From the NCBI GenBank assembly GCA_977017575.1, contig CDRNVI010000098.1, forward strand, positions 271-64,270: 64,000 nucleotides of DNA, read 5' to 3'. Position numbers and translations under genes: made by a program. The DNA is from Paramoeba atlantica. Lineage: Eukaryota; Protista; Discosea. Positions 10,930 to 22,234 of this stretch are shown piece by piece (positions within the stretch are counted from its first letter, which is position 1; each line of letters begins with the position of its first letter). Below the pieces are notes generated by a model. That model saw nothing but the letters and a program-made list of their open reading frames with translations, did no database searches and was not told where the DNA came from.

Positions 10930-12260
10930 ACACGGTGGTGGTCCGTTGTAACCGAAGTACAGCGGGCACTAAAGTGCGCCGCATGGGAAAATCATGTAGC
11001 CGAAGGAACCTTACAAACTTTGTTGGATGTCATGATTTCCTTCCAAAAAGTGGGAAGGTTGTTTGAACGAGACGATTGCTCTCTCGCAATTTCCCTTGGA
11101 CTAAATCGTGACAAAGGGAAACGCGACCCGGAACCAAGAGTCAAAACCTAATCCAATTATAGGGCAACATGATTTTAGCAAGAAACTGATTTTTACTATA
11201 GCGAAAATGAGCACGGTTTCATACTCTTCTTTAATTCTTCTTTAGTTCTGAGATACTCCAATTCTGAGACATAATTCTTTTAGCTGAGCGCAAATTCCTG
11301 GTTTCGTCGAATATTTATCGTTTTTCGTTGCAATGTTAGTTTCATTGTTCGTGCAGTCAATTTCGTATTAAATTTCTGTTCAAGTTGATGCTTACACGCG
11401 AGTTTTCAATACATACCTGTAGTACTTATAATAATTAAAAGAAAAAACACGTTCAATAGCGGGGTTTGTTTCCTTTCTTATTTAAATATCATAAGCATTC
11501 CGGCAGAGGTAAAATGCTCTACAGTGTATAGTAGTACTTTTACATACGTATTAAACACAAAGTAGTTGTTCTATAGTTTACTTCCAGTAATGAAAGTTTA
11601 CAAGTATAGTACAAGTATAGCATCACGAAATATAGCGTAGAAGGCATAAGATACCTAGAAGATATCTCTTTACGGGGAGTTTGGCGTTACAGCCAGGCAG
11701 ATCTGAGTGAGATTAGTAACCTTATGGGTTAATAGTTTATGAAGAATATCGTACATTAGAAGTAGAAGATAGAAATTCGAGAAAGATACGAAAGATACCG
11801 TTCTCTTGACGTGCACCGCCACCTTGCTCAGCTTGCAGTTACGAGACAAACTGCCGCGAGACGAGAATGTTACTTTGCAAGACTGGAAAGCCTCTTGCAG
11901 GTCCGCGGCGTGGTTAATGTACTTGAGAAACACATTTTAGCCTTGTGCGCAAGTCTAGCGCGTTTCTATCGTGCCTCCACATTACAATCATTTCATGCCG
12001 CCCTCGTGTGCTGCCAGGTAGAAGACATGCCCATAGAGGCATGCTGGACGCAGTCTATTCGGTTTCGTAGACGATAGAGGTGCACTGAAGCTTTGTTTGG
12101 ATCCCGTGCCCCTGGGATCTGTAACGTTCGGTCAGTTGCGAACTTTAGCAAGTCACTGCTCTGAGCGAGGTGAAATAGACTATGCCAGAGGTTTTATCGT
12201 CGCCTTATACGGGCTGTTGCGACATAGCGAAATCACTTCATTAAGACGAAGCGATATAGA

Positions 12261-12870
12261 ATGACCGTTCATCGAAGGTGCGGCACCTTCGATGAATCAT
12301 TCATCTAACGGTTCAAAACTGCTTTTCCGAGAAAAATCCAAAAAAAATCACCCCCAAAAAAAAGTTCCCCCCCAAAAAATTCAGTTCGCTATATGAGTAA
12401 GCGTATTCTTTTTTATGCGTATTCTTTTCTAGTTTGCGTGTCTGGAGGCAAGGCCCAACTGTTAGCGAAGCCAACTTCTGCGAACAAGGCCCCAGTTTGC
12501 GAGCAAGGCCCAACTGTGTGCGAAGCCAATTTATGGAGGCGAAAGCCCCCGTTTAAGAGCAAGGCCCAACTGTGAGCGTAGCCCTGGGACAGAAATATAT
12601 TTTTTGACAAACCGCGCGCTCCCGCGCGCGGGTCGCGCGCTAAGAACCTGGATGTCTGTCACTTCCGCAGGATTCTGTATTAATTTTGCTCTGCTGCGAT
12701 ACCGAGTTTACGAGTCTGGAGCTATGACCCAACTCTGAGATTTTGTTTACATGACAGGATTAAATGACGACATTTTTTTTTATTTTTTTCTCGAAAAGCA
12801 CTTTCAAACCCTTCGATGAAAGATTCATCGAAGGTGTCGCACCTTCAATGACCGTTCATCGAAGGACCAT
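12261..12870. repeat. palindrome-rich non-coding element
   Basis: Perfect TTCATCGAAGGTG-CGG-CACCTTCGATGAA hairpin near 12268, repeated TTCATCGAAGG motifs at 12810-12870, and four AAGGCCCA repeats at 12450-12570. Confidence 0.55.
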
Positions 12871-13242
12871 ACTCTACTTCGGAGCATACTCCTGTGTTTC
12901 GAGGACATCGGAGTTTATCGAAGTGGTTTTGAAAGTTCGAAAAGTTCTGAAAGTTCACTTATCTCCACAATAGGCTAAAGTGTAATATTTATACTGCGTG
13001 TAAAACGACAATACGCGTAATTCTTCACTCGCTGTCAGTATTTCAAGAACGAAACCTTATCATTTCGAGCTTGTACATTTGCATTACCTCTTACTTCGCT
13101 CGCTTCACTCATGCAAATGGATTCTCTTCTAGTCTCTGACAAGTCAGACTGTCTGGTCGAACCAGACTGCTTTCTCCCTCCCTGCGATATCAGGTGAGGC
13201 CGTGGAGCGTACGCTACGGATAATGATGTTTTATGTCCGCTT

Positions 13243-13790
13243 GTGAACGTGGCCGGAATGAAACTTTGTCCTTCACTTTTTAAATATGCTCCTTTCGCGA
13301 AAGGAGCGTTGGAACTTCTAAGCAGGGACCCATTTAAGTCTAATTACGAGGAAAGAAAATTGGAAGAGACACCAAACTCAGAGTGCTTCAGGTCTCACAT
13401 ACAAACGCTAGAGAATGCAAAGGTTCTAGTGCCCGCCTCGTGGGAAGTGCCTCACGCTATAGGAAATTATATGGCCGCACTCAAGGACCAAACTTACGCT
13501 AGAGCCATATTCGACTTGCGATGGACGAACGAGCGGATCACCGTAGTCGATTTAGCGTTTCATACCTTAGGCACCAGCGAACTGGTGAGAGCCCTCATTC
13601 AATTAGGTAATACTGCCTAATCCAAAATTTGATTTCTTCACGGGAACATAAAGAATATGTATCAAATACCCATCTCTGCGGCACTTAGTTAGGCATGCTG
13701 TATTAGGCAAGGTAAAAGATTATTACGCCCTACAGTACTTTCTATGGGCTACAAACATGACTGTAGCACTGCACAGTCCATGGGGGGGCA
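13243..13790 (+). pseudogene. reverse-transcriptase remnant, DIRS/Ngaro/TATE-VIPER-like
   Basis: ARAIFDLRWTNE (RxIxDLRxLN-like), then after a frameshift NIKNMYQIPI and VLSMGYKH..AQ, resembling RT motifs of tyrosine-recombinase retroelements. Stops present. Confidence 0.45.
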
Positions 13791-14392
13791 TACGTCACGA
13801 TTTGTTTTTCGAATTTTTCGCTTCTGAAAATCGAGCGCACGGAAGTAGTAGGGTATGCCGCGGCGATGATTTTCGCGATGAATCAAGGCGGGTGATAAAA
13901 TCGCGAAAAAAGGGGGGGTATGGTCGATGAAAGGAATACTCATGATTTTCATTTTCGCCAGGGGGTGTGATTAGACGAGTCGTTAGGTCCAGTAACTCTA
14001 CATCTAAGATTGTTGGGTTCGATTCCCACGGAGGTACTTTTCGTCCGGCTACACAGGGATTAGCTAAGAAGCTTGGGTCCACGATATCTGAACGGATTGG
14101 TCCATTTTTCAATCCCACCCAATAGCATGTGCGTTGGACGCGACTTGTAGTTTTTTTACACGAACTACATGCAGCACGAACGTCGTTAGTGGGAAGCAAG
14201 TTGCGAAGTCGAAGGAGTGGTAGGGTGAGGAGCGCAACGATGATGCGGATACCACTAAAAGAAAGCGACAACGCACTTTCGAATCTAGTGGGTATAAGAT
14301 GCACGATATTGATGATTGGTTGTTATCGTTTCATTGATGTTGAAATTTATTGCGGTCAATGCATAACCGGATTTCCTTATTTACGGAATTTC

Positions 14393-14657
14393 TTAATTTC
14401 GGTTCCTCTCTAATTACGGCTCCCCCTAATTACGGTTTCTCTTTAATTACGGTTCCTCTTTAATTACGGTTCCTCTCTAATTACGGCTCCCCCTAATTAC
14501 GGTTTCTCTCTAATTACGGTTCCTCTCTAATTACGGTTCCTCTCTAATTACGGTTCCTCTCTAATTACGGTTCCTCTCTAATTACGGTTCCTCTCTAATT
14601 ACGGTTCCTCTCTAATTACGGTTCCTCTCTAATTACGGTTTCTCTCTAATTACGGTT
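14393..14657. repeat. 17-bp minisatellite (TAATTACGGTTCCTCTC)n, ~16 copies
   Basis: Direct reading. Variant units 2-3 recur as units 6-7. No spacers. Confidence 0.95.
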
Positions 14658-14734
14658 AACCGATTTAAGGTTAAAATTCTCGGCACTGGTGGAATAACCG
14701 TAAAACAGCGTTCCAAGGACCTGAAATCGCCGAT

Positions 14735-14923
14735 CCACGAGAGTGCGCTTTGTCTGGCGCCTCGTTTTCGTGAGAATCAACAGTCATTAAATGGATGAAG
14801 GGAACTACGCCGCGTACACTATACGCAGTCCAATGCCCTGCATGGAAGGGCCACGAGTGTGCGCTTTGTCCGGCGCCTCATTTTCGTGAGAACCAGCAGT
14901 CATGGAATGGATGAGGGGAACTA
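14735..14923. repeat. two ~73-bp direct repeats
   Basis: CCACGAG(A/T)GTGCGCTTTGTC..GGGAACTA at 14735 and 14851. Confidence 0.85.
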
Positions 14924-15224
14924 AAAATAAAGTCTCAATGATTTCCAGAAATGAAAATGTTAGAAATTTACACCATATTTACTCTACCTTTTTGGTCAAA
15001 AAAATTGGTCAATTTTTTTCGGACATTTTTTTTTCAAAACAGCACTATAAGTGTTCTAAATTGATATTTTGAAAGCTCTATGTCTAGTACCCTCTCTATT
15101 CCCTAGTTTTAGTAAACACCTCTACATTATTAAGATCAGACCCTCTAACCCCAAACAGGGGGAGTACATAGAACGATGTAATATCAAAAGAGAAGACAAC
15201 CCCACAATATGTGCAACACAATCT

Positions 15225-15716
15225 ATTCCGTCCCTATTAGACTTCGAAACGTGTTGCAAAACAATGGAAGCCATTCCAGATACTACACCCCCCCTGCTTG
15301 CGAGTTCCCCCAATTCTGGTACGCTTATCAGTTCCTTTTTCTAAGGCGAATGTTTTTGTACCCCAAAAAGAATTTGTACCCACTTTTCGCGAAGCGATTT
15401 TTTTTGGACTGAACAAAAATTCATAATTTTCCCAACTATTGTACGTCAGGCTGCTGTACAGACTAGTTCTTTACCCTCATAGTTAACTTTTGGACACAAA
15501 TTCCGTTTTTTGTTTCATTTTTCATAGGCAAAAAAATGTCATTTTTAATTTTGGTAAACTTTCGGGTCATCCATGGGGCACCTGGGGTCTATGAAAAAAA
15601 AGCGGCAATGCTCTTCGATAGGGGAACAAGATCTCTCCAATGTGGCAAAGATGAGCAAAAACGGATATAGAAAATCAAAATTCCGAGGGGGGGCAAGATC
15701 AACTGAAACCACTGTA
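15225..15716. repeat. second member of the 5805-6119 repeat family
   Basis: Shared AGACTTC.AAA.GTGTTGCAAAACAAT start, AACTTTCGGG core and GAAACCACTGTA end. Confidence 0.6.
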
Positions 15717-15812
15717 CATCTGATACGCGAACTAGAATGAGAAGTACGCGTATTTCAGTATACTGATATTATACGTAGGGACTACAGGTAAGGGGCCGCG
15801 GGAATAGAAAAA

Positions 15813-16478
15813 CTATTCATAAATCACAATTTTCGTCTCCAAGAAGGATTGTGCAATTTGGAACTTTCCTCCAAGTTTAGGAGGCATTTTATCCAATATT
15901 ACTCTACCTTCTAGGAGTTTGTTATCTCTTAACTTGAGTGTAGAAAGATTTTCCGGGAGGTACGACAAGTCCACGCTTCCAACAAAATTATTTCCCTTCA
16001 GATACAAGCTTACTAGAGTAGCGGGAAGAGACCGCAGGTCAATTGTCCCCGTCAAAAAATTGCTGCTGACGTCAAGGTATTTTAGACCAGGAGGCAATTG
16101 AGTAAGACACACGTCCCCTGATAATCTGTTACTTTCCATTCATGCTGAAGTCATACGTCTGGGGAAAACAGTAAGATCTGGATTTCCTGTAAAAAGATTC
16201 CCACCGAGAAACAAACCAGCAAGATTTGAAAGCGGGGAGAGGTCACAAAGGTCGGTTCGTTCTCCAGACAGCGAGTTTTCTTCAATATCAAACTCCATAA
16301 CGGAGCTCCATAACGCAGCTTTGCATGCTATACCTTTCCATTCACAAGCAGGTGTCAGTGAACTCCAACTTTGGTGTTGCGGGTGTATTCCACTAATGAG
16401 TCGTTCCAGCCCCATCTCTTGCGGTAGATTTGAGCCAGAGACCTTGGCCGCACGCGACTTGTGTCTCACGGAATCCAT
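15813..16478 (-). pseudogene. near-identical paralog of LRR 8911-9639
   Basis: Almost identical DNA, but with TGG>TGA at 16140-16142 and an in-frame loss of 21 codons after the cap. Confidence 0.9.
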
Positions 16479-16744
16479 TGTAAAGTTCTACGAAATGGAG
16501 AAGAACGATTGTCCGAAAAAACATATTGAAAGCTGTTATTTAAAAAGACTGTTTTACAAAATATTTTTTGTCGCGTGATAGGCTGATGTCAAAGAAAGTG
16601 CTCTATAATGGGAGCGAAGGACATTTTTGTTCGTTTGCAGAGTTAATGAGCAAACACATAAACAGATGTGGGACTGTAGATGTACATATCTGTATTCCAA
16701 AGGGGAACATAGATTAACTAAACAAAACGCTGTATAACCCATCA

Positions 16745-17077
16745 TTAGTCCTGCTCTTTCGGTTTTTTCTTCCACACCTTTTCCCATTTTTGTATCGCCT
16801 CCTCATCTTTAAATGGGGCACGATACGCCGCCCACTGCCGATATCGCACCCACACATTGCCCCACGATAGAGCACATGCATCCACAATATTTTTGCCTTC
16901 CATTCTGGCCTCCTGTAAGCATTTTCGGTGATCCTCCTGGGCTTGTGTAAGCAGTGCAACTAAGGCATCGGAGGGTTTCATGTTATTTTGCTCCTCTTTC
17001 GAGACACCTCGCAAACCACCATCTACCGGATCGGGATAAAGCCGCGGATTCGTCTCGTCGATTTGACTGATTGGCAT
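16745..17077 (-). CDS. hypothetical small protein (110 aa)
   Basis: ATG-started ORF in the cluster direction with natural composition, two Cys and an aromatic C-terminus (WGNVWVRYRQWAAYRAPF). Family not recognised. Confidence 0.65.
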   Translation of the reverse strand: MPISQIDETNPRLYPDPVDGGLRGVSKEEQNNMKPSDALVALLTQAQEDHRKCLQEARMEGKNIVDACALSWGNVWVRYRQWAAYRAPFKDEEAIQKWEKVWKKKPKEQD

Positions 17078-17502
17078 TACAACGAAGGACGAATTGTCTG
17101 AATGAAGAAAAGATGATTTAACACAAACTATTTAACAAGAAAAGTGCGATTACTTTTTATGTAGAACACCGAAGCGTTATTCTTTTGTCGCTTTTAGTCC
17201 TAGTAGGAAAAGTAATACAAACATCCCGAACAACACCTATTTACAACGGAAAGAGTCTTTAAGACTAACAAAAAGAATATTATTAAAAGTAAGCAAAGCA
17301 AGAAATACAATGAAACGATGTTCAAAATAATCCAGGATAGTAAGGCATGCTTTCTAGTGCAAAAATCGATTTACAACAAAACAGAATGTACGAAAAGGTT
17401 TCCTAAAGAATTACAGCATCTGCATTACATCCAAAGCAAAATGAGCTCGCAATAAATGGGCTTGCGATAAAAGAAGCCAACTGCCCTTCATCCCCATCTG
17501 GG

Positions 17503-20500
17503 CTAGTCATACAGCGCAAATACCTCACATTGAATAATGTGAAACTCATTTCTCACACAGCCCTGCACAAGGGGAGGGCTGCAAAAGGAGGGACAGCACT
17601 CCGTGGTGCCGGTGTGGAGGTCAGCGGCGAGACACAGGGCTGGACCGTAGCACGTTCCCTTCTCACTCACCTCCACACCACGGCTGTTACACGGTTGTTC
17701 GGTTTCCACTACCTCCTTATGGGGTAACCCTCCCGAAGCCTGCGCCTTCACAGCGCTGATGATGTTTGTGTTCACATCAGAACAAGCACCTAATTCTTGT
17801 TTGAAGATTGTCTTAATAGATTGGTTATCTTGTGAGATGCATGGCGTCTCACTCGGTCCCGTCATATCCTTCGCGGGATCTACAAGATTGGCTCCACAGG
17901 AGTCTTTGTCTTGCGAGATGAATTCTGTCTCACCAGGATAAATATTATCCTTTGTTAGATTGGCTCTACAAGAGTCGTTTTCCTCTTGTGAGATGAATTC
18001 ACCAGGACGCCTCATGTCCTTTGCTCGACTTGACCCACAAGAGTCTTTTTTATCCTGTGAGGGGAGTCGATGCAACGAAGGGGATGGTGTTCCCCGGGAG
18101 CTGTGCTTTCCAATGGAAAGGGTTTGAGGGGCGCATCGAAGCACCCCGGGCTCTGCCGCAACAAAGCGCTGCGCATGAGGAAAAAGGGTAAAGACTAAAC
18201 CGTGTTCTGGAAAGGAACCTTTTTCGGGTGGGATGGGCCTTGGAGAATCTAAGCAAAAGGGAGAGGATGGAGAGGGCGTGTCGATGGGTTTCTGGGGTCG
18301 GGGCAGAGGCGAACGTGCAGGGCTGAGACTGGGATTATGAGGGCTTCGGGTCAGGGAACACTCAAAGGTTCCAGGAAGGATGGCGCCGATAAGAACCCGA
18401 CGGGTTTTAGGAGGAACGGTTTCTTTTTTGGAATTTGAGTCGTGTTCGGATGGCTCCAAGATTCTTTCAGTAGAACTCGGTTTTGTTGCGTCTTCTGTTG
18501 TTTCCAAAATTCGGACACCTTTTTCAAAAACTCGTGGAGGAGACTTTGGGACGTATGGAAGTGAAGAATCAAACGGGAAAGAAGAAAACTCCGAAGCTGA
18601 TTTGGATTTCAAATTCTCTGTTTTGTCATAAGATTTGCTTTCGGTATTCAGATCAGCACGTATCTCCGTATGCTTCGGCGTGGCATGAAGCAAAAGTAAC
18701 GTACTGACAACTCCTTTCTTTCGAGCTTTTTTCATACTCTCGTTAAGTGTTTTTATACGCGCGTAAAGTGTATGAAGAGACCATCCATGTACCGATGTGC
18801 TGTACGCTAACGCAAGCGTATGGCCACAGGAAAATCCGAGTGAGTCATACCAGAGCACAAAAAGATCCTCCCAAATCATTGGTGTAGTAAGAATTACGCT
18901 TTCTCCCTCAATTTCGGGGCGATTGGAAATGGAGAGACGACCAACGCCTCTTCGAAGTTCATCCCAAAGTGTGCTTGCAGATTTTGACGTAAATGAATCG
19001 GGATCTCGATGGTAATCGCTGCACGTGCGAGATGAAGAAACTTTCGAGGAGTGTTGCTCTACGTCTTGATGCTCTTCTAAGGTCAGTAATTCTCGTCGGC
19101 TCAATTTCCATTTGTAAGAACGAGTCATGAAAGTATCCCAGTATTCCTTTGCGAAGGTCTTCTTTTTTGCAAGCTCCAGAAGAGAAGACACAGAGCGACA
19201 AGTGGGTAAGTGTTCAGCGAAATCAACTGTCAGCGTTAGAGCGAAACGAAGTAACACTTTGACACCTTCATTTAAGTACGCATCAAATAGGTGTACCGCA
19301 TAGTGTAATGGGAAAACCGTCGTAAACATTGTACACAACAAATGATGCAGCAAATGGGCAAGATCCACACGATGTGCGACAAATAACGATGCAGTGCGAG
19401 CGCTTTTATAAGACACTAAGGCTGGAAAGCTGCACAACGTTTTTGTATAGCTCGTAAAACACACTGGAAGATAATACACTGCTTCGTTTCGCCAAGGCAG
19501 CTTCGAGACACGAATCATTCCTACAATACTCGAAAGAGCCTCCTCGGGAGATAGAAACAAAAGGAGTAAGGAGAGAGCGACGGGTAACATGGGAGCGCAA
19601 TGTATTTCTGGAAACTTATGTGCCACCACCCCAAGTAAGAGCTTGAAAATCTTTTCTCCATAACTCGTGAGCCACTTAGCTACCTGGGTAAGATCATGCA
19701 ATGCAAAACAAGGTGTTTTGCGGGGACAAAAATCTGGAAATCGTTGCAATAAATTTTCCCAATGATAGGTTTGACTTAGCGCGACATCGAAATAGTGGGG
19801 CCGCGTGTCCAGCATTTGCCGGGCTTGTGTGAGTGTAAGCCAAACCGGCCTGCGAAATACGAAAGGGATCCCATCACGGATTAGTTTTTTCCACTGTACC
19901 TCTTTGTAATTCACGACGGGGGCCGTATTTTTTTCAAATCGTGCTGACCAAATTGCCTTCCGAGCTTCTTCTGTTTCTGAGGCTGTTGCCGGATAGGTCG
20001 CAAAAAAGTAGTTCACATCGACTTGAGCAACTTGGAGTTGGTGTTCACGTTTAATATTTTGAAGCGAATGAGAAGGAAGAGATCCTTCTTTTACGTCTTC
20101 CAAGCTCTGACTAGGCTTACGATGGAAAGGCATGAGTAGAGAAAACGATCTACGTGGTCGGGTTGCGCAGGAAATTTTCGAGGATTCCTTCTCGACATTT
20201 GTTTGAGGGAAAGCAGAAAAATTCTGGATATGTTCGTTGTGTTCATCTTTTCTTCGCGGGTTCAGCACACTAGTTTTTCTTCTGGGTTTCGGATACTGTG
20301 ATTTGATTCCAGGTCCAGGCAGAGATTTCGAGGAGACGTTGTATTTTAATGCTTCATTTCCCGGCTCTAAATTTGATTCCCACGCGCATGAATGTTCAAT
20401 CATTTCCCAAACCAATACAATCGAGTTATGGACAAAGCACTCAGAAGGAATCACCCAAGAGTTACGTTTCGTCAATCGTACGTAACCTTTGTGTGTGGAA

Positions 20501-21210
20501 TCAAAATAGCGAAGCGCAGACGAAGTTGGTAGATTGGCTGCTCCATGGAAATTTGTGTTCTCTGCGACACGTGCTGTAAAAGGATCTGTGTTTGAATGAT
20601 CTTGATCTGTATACAACTTGTCAGAAATTACATTTTCAACGCCGGCAAACGAAATCTGACACTCGTTCGAAGATTGCAGCTTACTCCGTAGCAAATGTCT
20701 TCGAATGCAGTGCGCGTTGTGGAGATTTTCATTCTGGTAGCACAACTCCACATCAAAAATATTTACAACCTTTGGGGTGATATGAAATACTTTATCCGGT
20801 TCATGAGATGTGGGCCTTGAAGACGTGATGAAGCCTGAGTCTTGAATATCTGTGAGCGGGTTTATTCCGGTGGCATTATTTTGATAAAGCCGCGATTGCT
20901 GAAACACGTTCAGATATTCCTGCGGACGCTTAATTTCGATCCAACCAGTGGAATCATTTACGAAAATAGACTGTAGAGGCTGAAAGTGAAGCAGAAGTTC
21001 GTCTTCGAAAAGCACGTTAAGGAAGAGGTCATGGGATAGTATGTGAGAGGTGGTGGCTGGGTCAAACTGTTCGGATCTCGTGTGCTCTTCTATTTTTGAT
21101 TCATCAACTGAAATCGATAACGTGCGCTGAATCACTCGAACAAAATCTTCGTCGAATTCATCAAATACACGGAGCAAAACGGAAATGTGAATCTCATCTT
21201 TGAGAGGCAT
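17503..21210 (-). CDS. TBC (Rab-GAP) + TLDc domain protein, TBC1D24-like
   Basis: WKKLIRDGIPFVFRRPVW and HLFDAYLNEGVKVLLRFAL (TBC); LAYSTSVHGWSLHTLY and GPALCLAADLHTGTTECCPSFCSPPL..FHIIQCEVF (TLDc). Confidence 0.85.
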   Translation of the reverse strand: MPLKDEIHISVLLRVFDEFDEDFVRVIQRTLSISVDESKIEEHTRSEQFDPATTSHILSHDLFLNVLFEDELLLHFQPLQSIFVNDSTGWIEIKRPQEYLNVFQQSRLYQNNATGINPLTDIQDSGFITSSRPTSHEPDKVFHITPKVVNIFDVELCYQNENLHNAHCIRRHLLRSKLQSSNECQISFAGVENVISDKLYTDQDHSNTDPFTARVAENTNFHGAANLPTSSALRYFDSTHKGYVRLTKRNSWVIPSECFVHNSIVLVWEMIEHSCAWESNLEPGNEALKYNVSSKSLPGPGIKSQYPKPRRKTSVLNPRRKDEHNEHIQNFSAFPQTNVEKESSKISCATRPRRSFSLLMPFHRKPSQSLEDVKEGSLPSHSLQNIKREHQLQVAQVDVNYFFATYPATASETEEARKAIWSARFEKNTAPVVNYKEVQWKKLIRDGIPFVFRRPVWLTLTQARQMLDTRPHYFDVALSQTYHWENLLQRFPDFCPRKTPCFALHDLTQVAKWLTSYGEKIFKLLLGVVAHKFPEIHCAPMLPVALSLLLLFLSPEEALSSIVGMIRVSKLPWRNEAVYYLPVCFTSYTKTLCSFPALVSYKSARTASLFVAHRVDLAHLLHHLLCTMFTTVFPLHYAVHLFDAYLNEGVKVLLRFALTLTVDFAEHLPTCRSVSSLLELAKKKTFAKEYWDTFMTRSYKWKLSRRELLTLEEHQDVEQHSSKVSSSRTCSDYHRDPDSFTSKSASTLWDELRRGVGRLSISNRPEIEGESVILTTPMIWEDLFVLWYDSLGFSCGHTLALAYSTSVHGWSLHTLYARIKTLNESMKKARKKGVVSTLLLLHATPKHTEIRADLNTESKSYDKTENLKSKSASEFSSFPFDSSLPYVPKSPPRVFEKGVRILETTEDATKPSSTERILEPSEHDSNSKKETVPPKTRRVLIGAILPGTFECSLTRSPHNPSLSPARSPLPRPQKPIDTPSPSSPFCLDSPRPIPPEKGSFPEHGLVFTLFPHAQRFVAAEPGVLRCAPQTLSIGKHSSRGTPSPSLHRLPSQDKKDSCGSSRAKDMRRPGEFISQEENDSCRANLTKDNIYPGETEFISQDKDSCGANLVDPAKDMTGPSETPCISQDNQSIKTIFKQELGACSDVNTNIISAVKAQASGGLPHKEVVETEQPCNSRGVEVSEKGTCYGPALCLAADLHTGTTECCPSFCSPPLVQGCVRNEFHIIQCEVFALYD

Positions 21211-21546
21211 TTCGGAGTAATTGTTCGAAAAACAAATCTTCTCTTGAGAGCAAATTTCGTAAAAATGAAAAGAATAGAGATTTCTGAATTATTCCTCTTC
21301 TCAATATGATCCTCTATCTCAATACAAAATACTACAAAAGTGCACTTAATCCATTTTCATTCAACAGTATCTTAATCAAACTTATCCAGCTTTAACAGTA
21401 TCCCTCATGAATTTGTATCCAGAGCTGCTTTCTTCATTTCTTCCTTTCCACTTCGCTATTTCCACTTCTTCATTGTTTTCTTTATTTCTCAACTTCTCCC
21501 TCTTTTATCTCCACCCTTCCTCCCCACCCCTTCCTTCCCCCTCTCC

Positions 21547-22068
21547 TCACCGTCTTCCTCCTCCCCTCCCTCCTTTCCCTCCCCCCCTCCCCCCTTGTCG
21601 AGCATACCCCCCCTGTCCCCTCCCCGCGGCGGACTGCGGCATCGCCACACTCACCCCCGCCTCCCCCGCCCCCCCGTGCTGTCCCCCGCGCTCCCCCGCC
21701 GCGCGCTGCACGGTGCTGGGGCGGGAGCACGGCAGCCCCTCGACCATCCTCCACGTCTCCTCATCCACCACGATCCCGGAGGTGGCGGTCTGGTCCACGA
21801 TGGAGACCTCGGGGACGTAGTCCATCCGCTTCTCCCGCTCCTCCTCCTGGAGCCTCAGCGAGATGCCGCGGACGGGCCCGAGCGCGATGCGTTTGATCAG
21901 GTGGGTGGTGTACCCGGTGATCTTGTTCCGCAGGCGCCGGGAGGGGATGGTCCCGATGTCGAGGAGGATGCGCTTGTTGGTGTAGTAGTCCCGGGTGAGT
22001 TTGGGGTAGTACCGCTCGACAATGAGCCGGGAGGCACGTTTGATGGTCTTGGTACGGACTTTGCCCAT
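21547..22068 (-). CDS. RPS17: 40S ribosomal protein eS17 with a Gly/Arg-rich C-terminal extension
   Basis: MGKVRTKTIKRASRLIVERYY..RNKITGYTTHLIKRI..GPVRGISLRLQEEEREKRMDYVPEVS. The true ATG is at 22068, 61 codons into the called ORF. Confidence 0.97.
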   Translation of the reverse strand: MGKVRTKTIKRASRLIVERYYPKLTRDYYTNKRILLDIGTIPSRRLRNKITGYTTHLIKRIALGPVRGISLRLQEEEREKRMDYVPEVSIVDQTATSGIVVDEETWRMVEGLPCSRPSTVQRAAGERGGQHGGAGEAGVSVAMPQSAAGRGQGGYARQGGRGGGKGGRGGGRR

Positions 22069-22234
22069 GGTGGAGGGGAAAAAAGTAGAGTAGGAAAGAA
22101 AGTAAAGAATGTGAAAAAAGGTGCAAAAATAGAGGAAGAGAACATTATGGAAAATAAAAGAGTAGAGAACAGAAAATACGAAAAATAGAAAATAGAACGA
22201 AAATGCTACCCTGTAAGTTCCACTTCCAGAACGT

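Noticed and set aside
14393-14657. CRISPR array
   Set aside because: The units are contiguous with no spacers, the context is eukaryotic and there are no cas genes.
5231-16142. TGA-as-tryptophan recoding (TGA aligns to a conserved Trp at 5231 and 16140)
   Set aside because: TGG>TGA is a single common transition, the near-identical paralog at 8911 has TGG, another LRR pseudogene has TGA at an Asn position (~41195), and several intact genes end in TGA. Pseudogene decay explains it.
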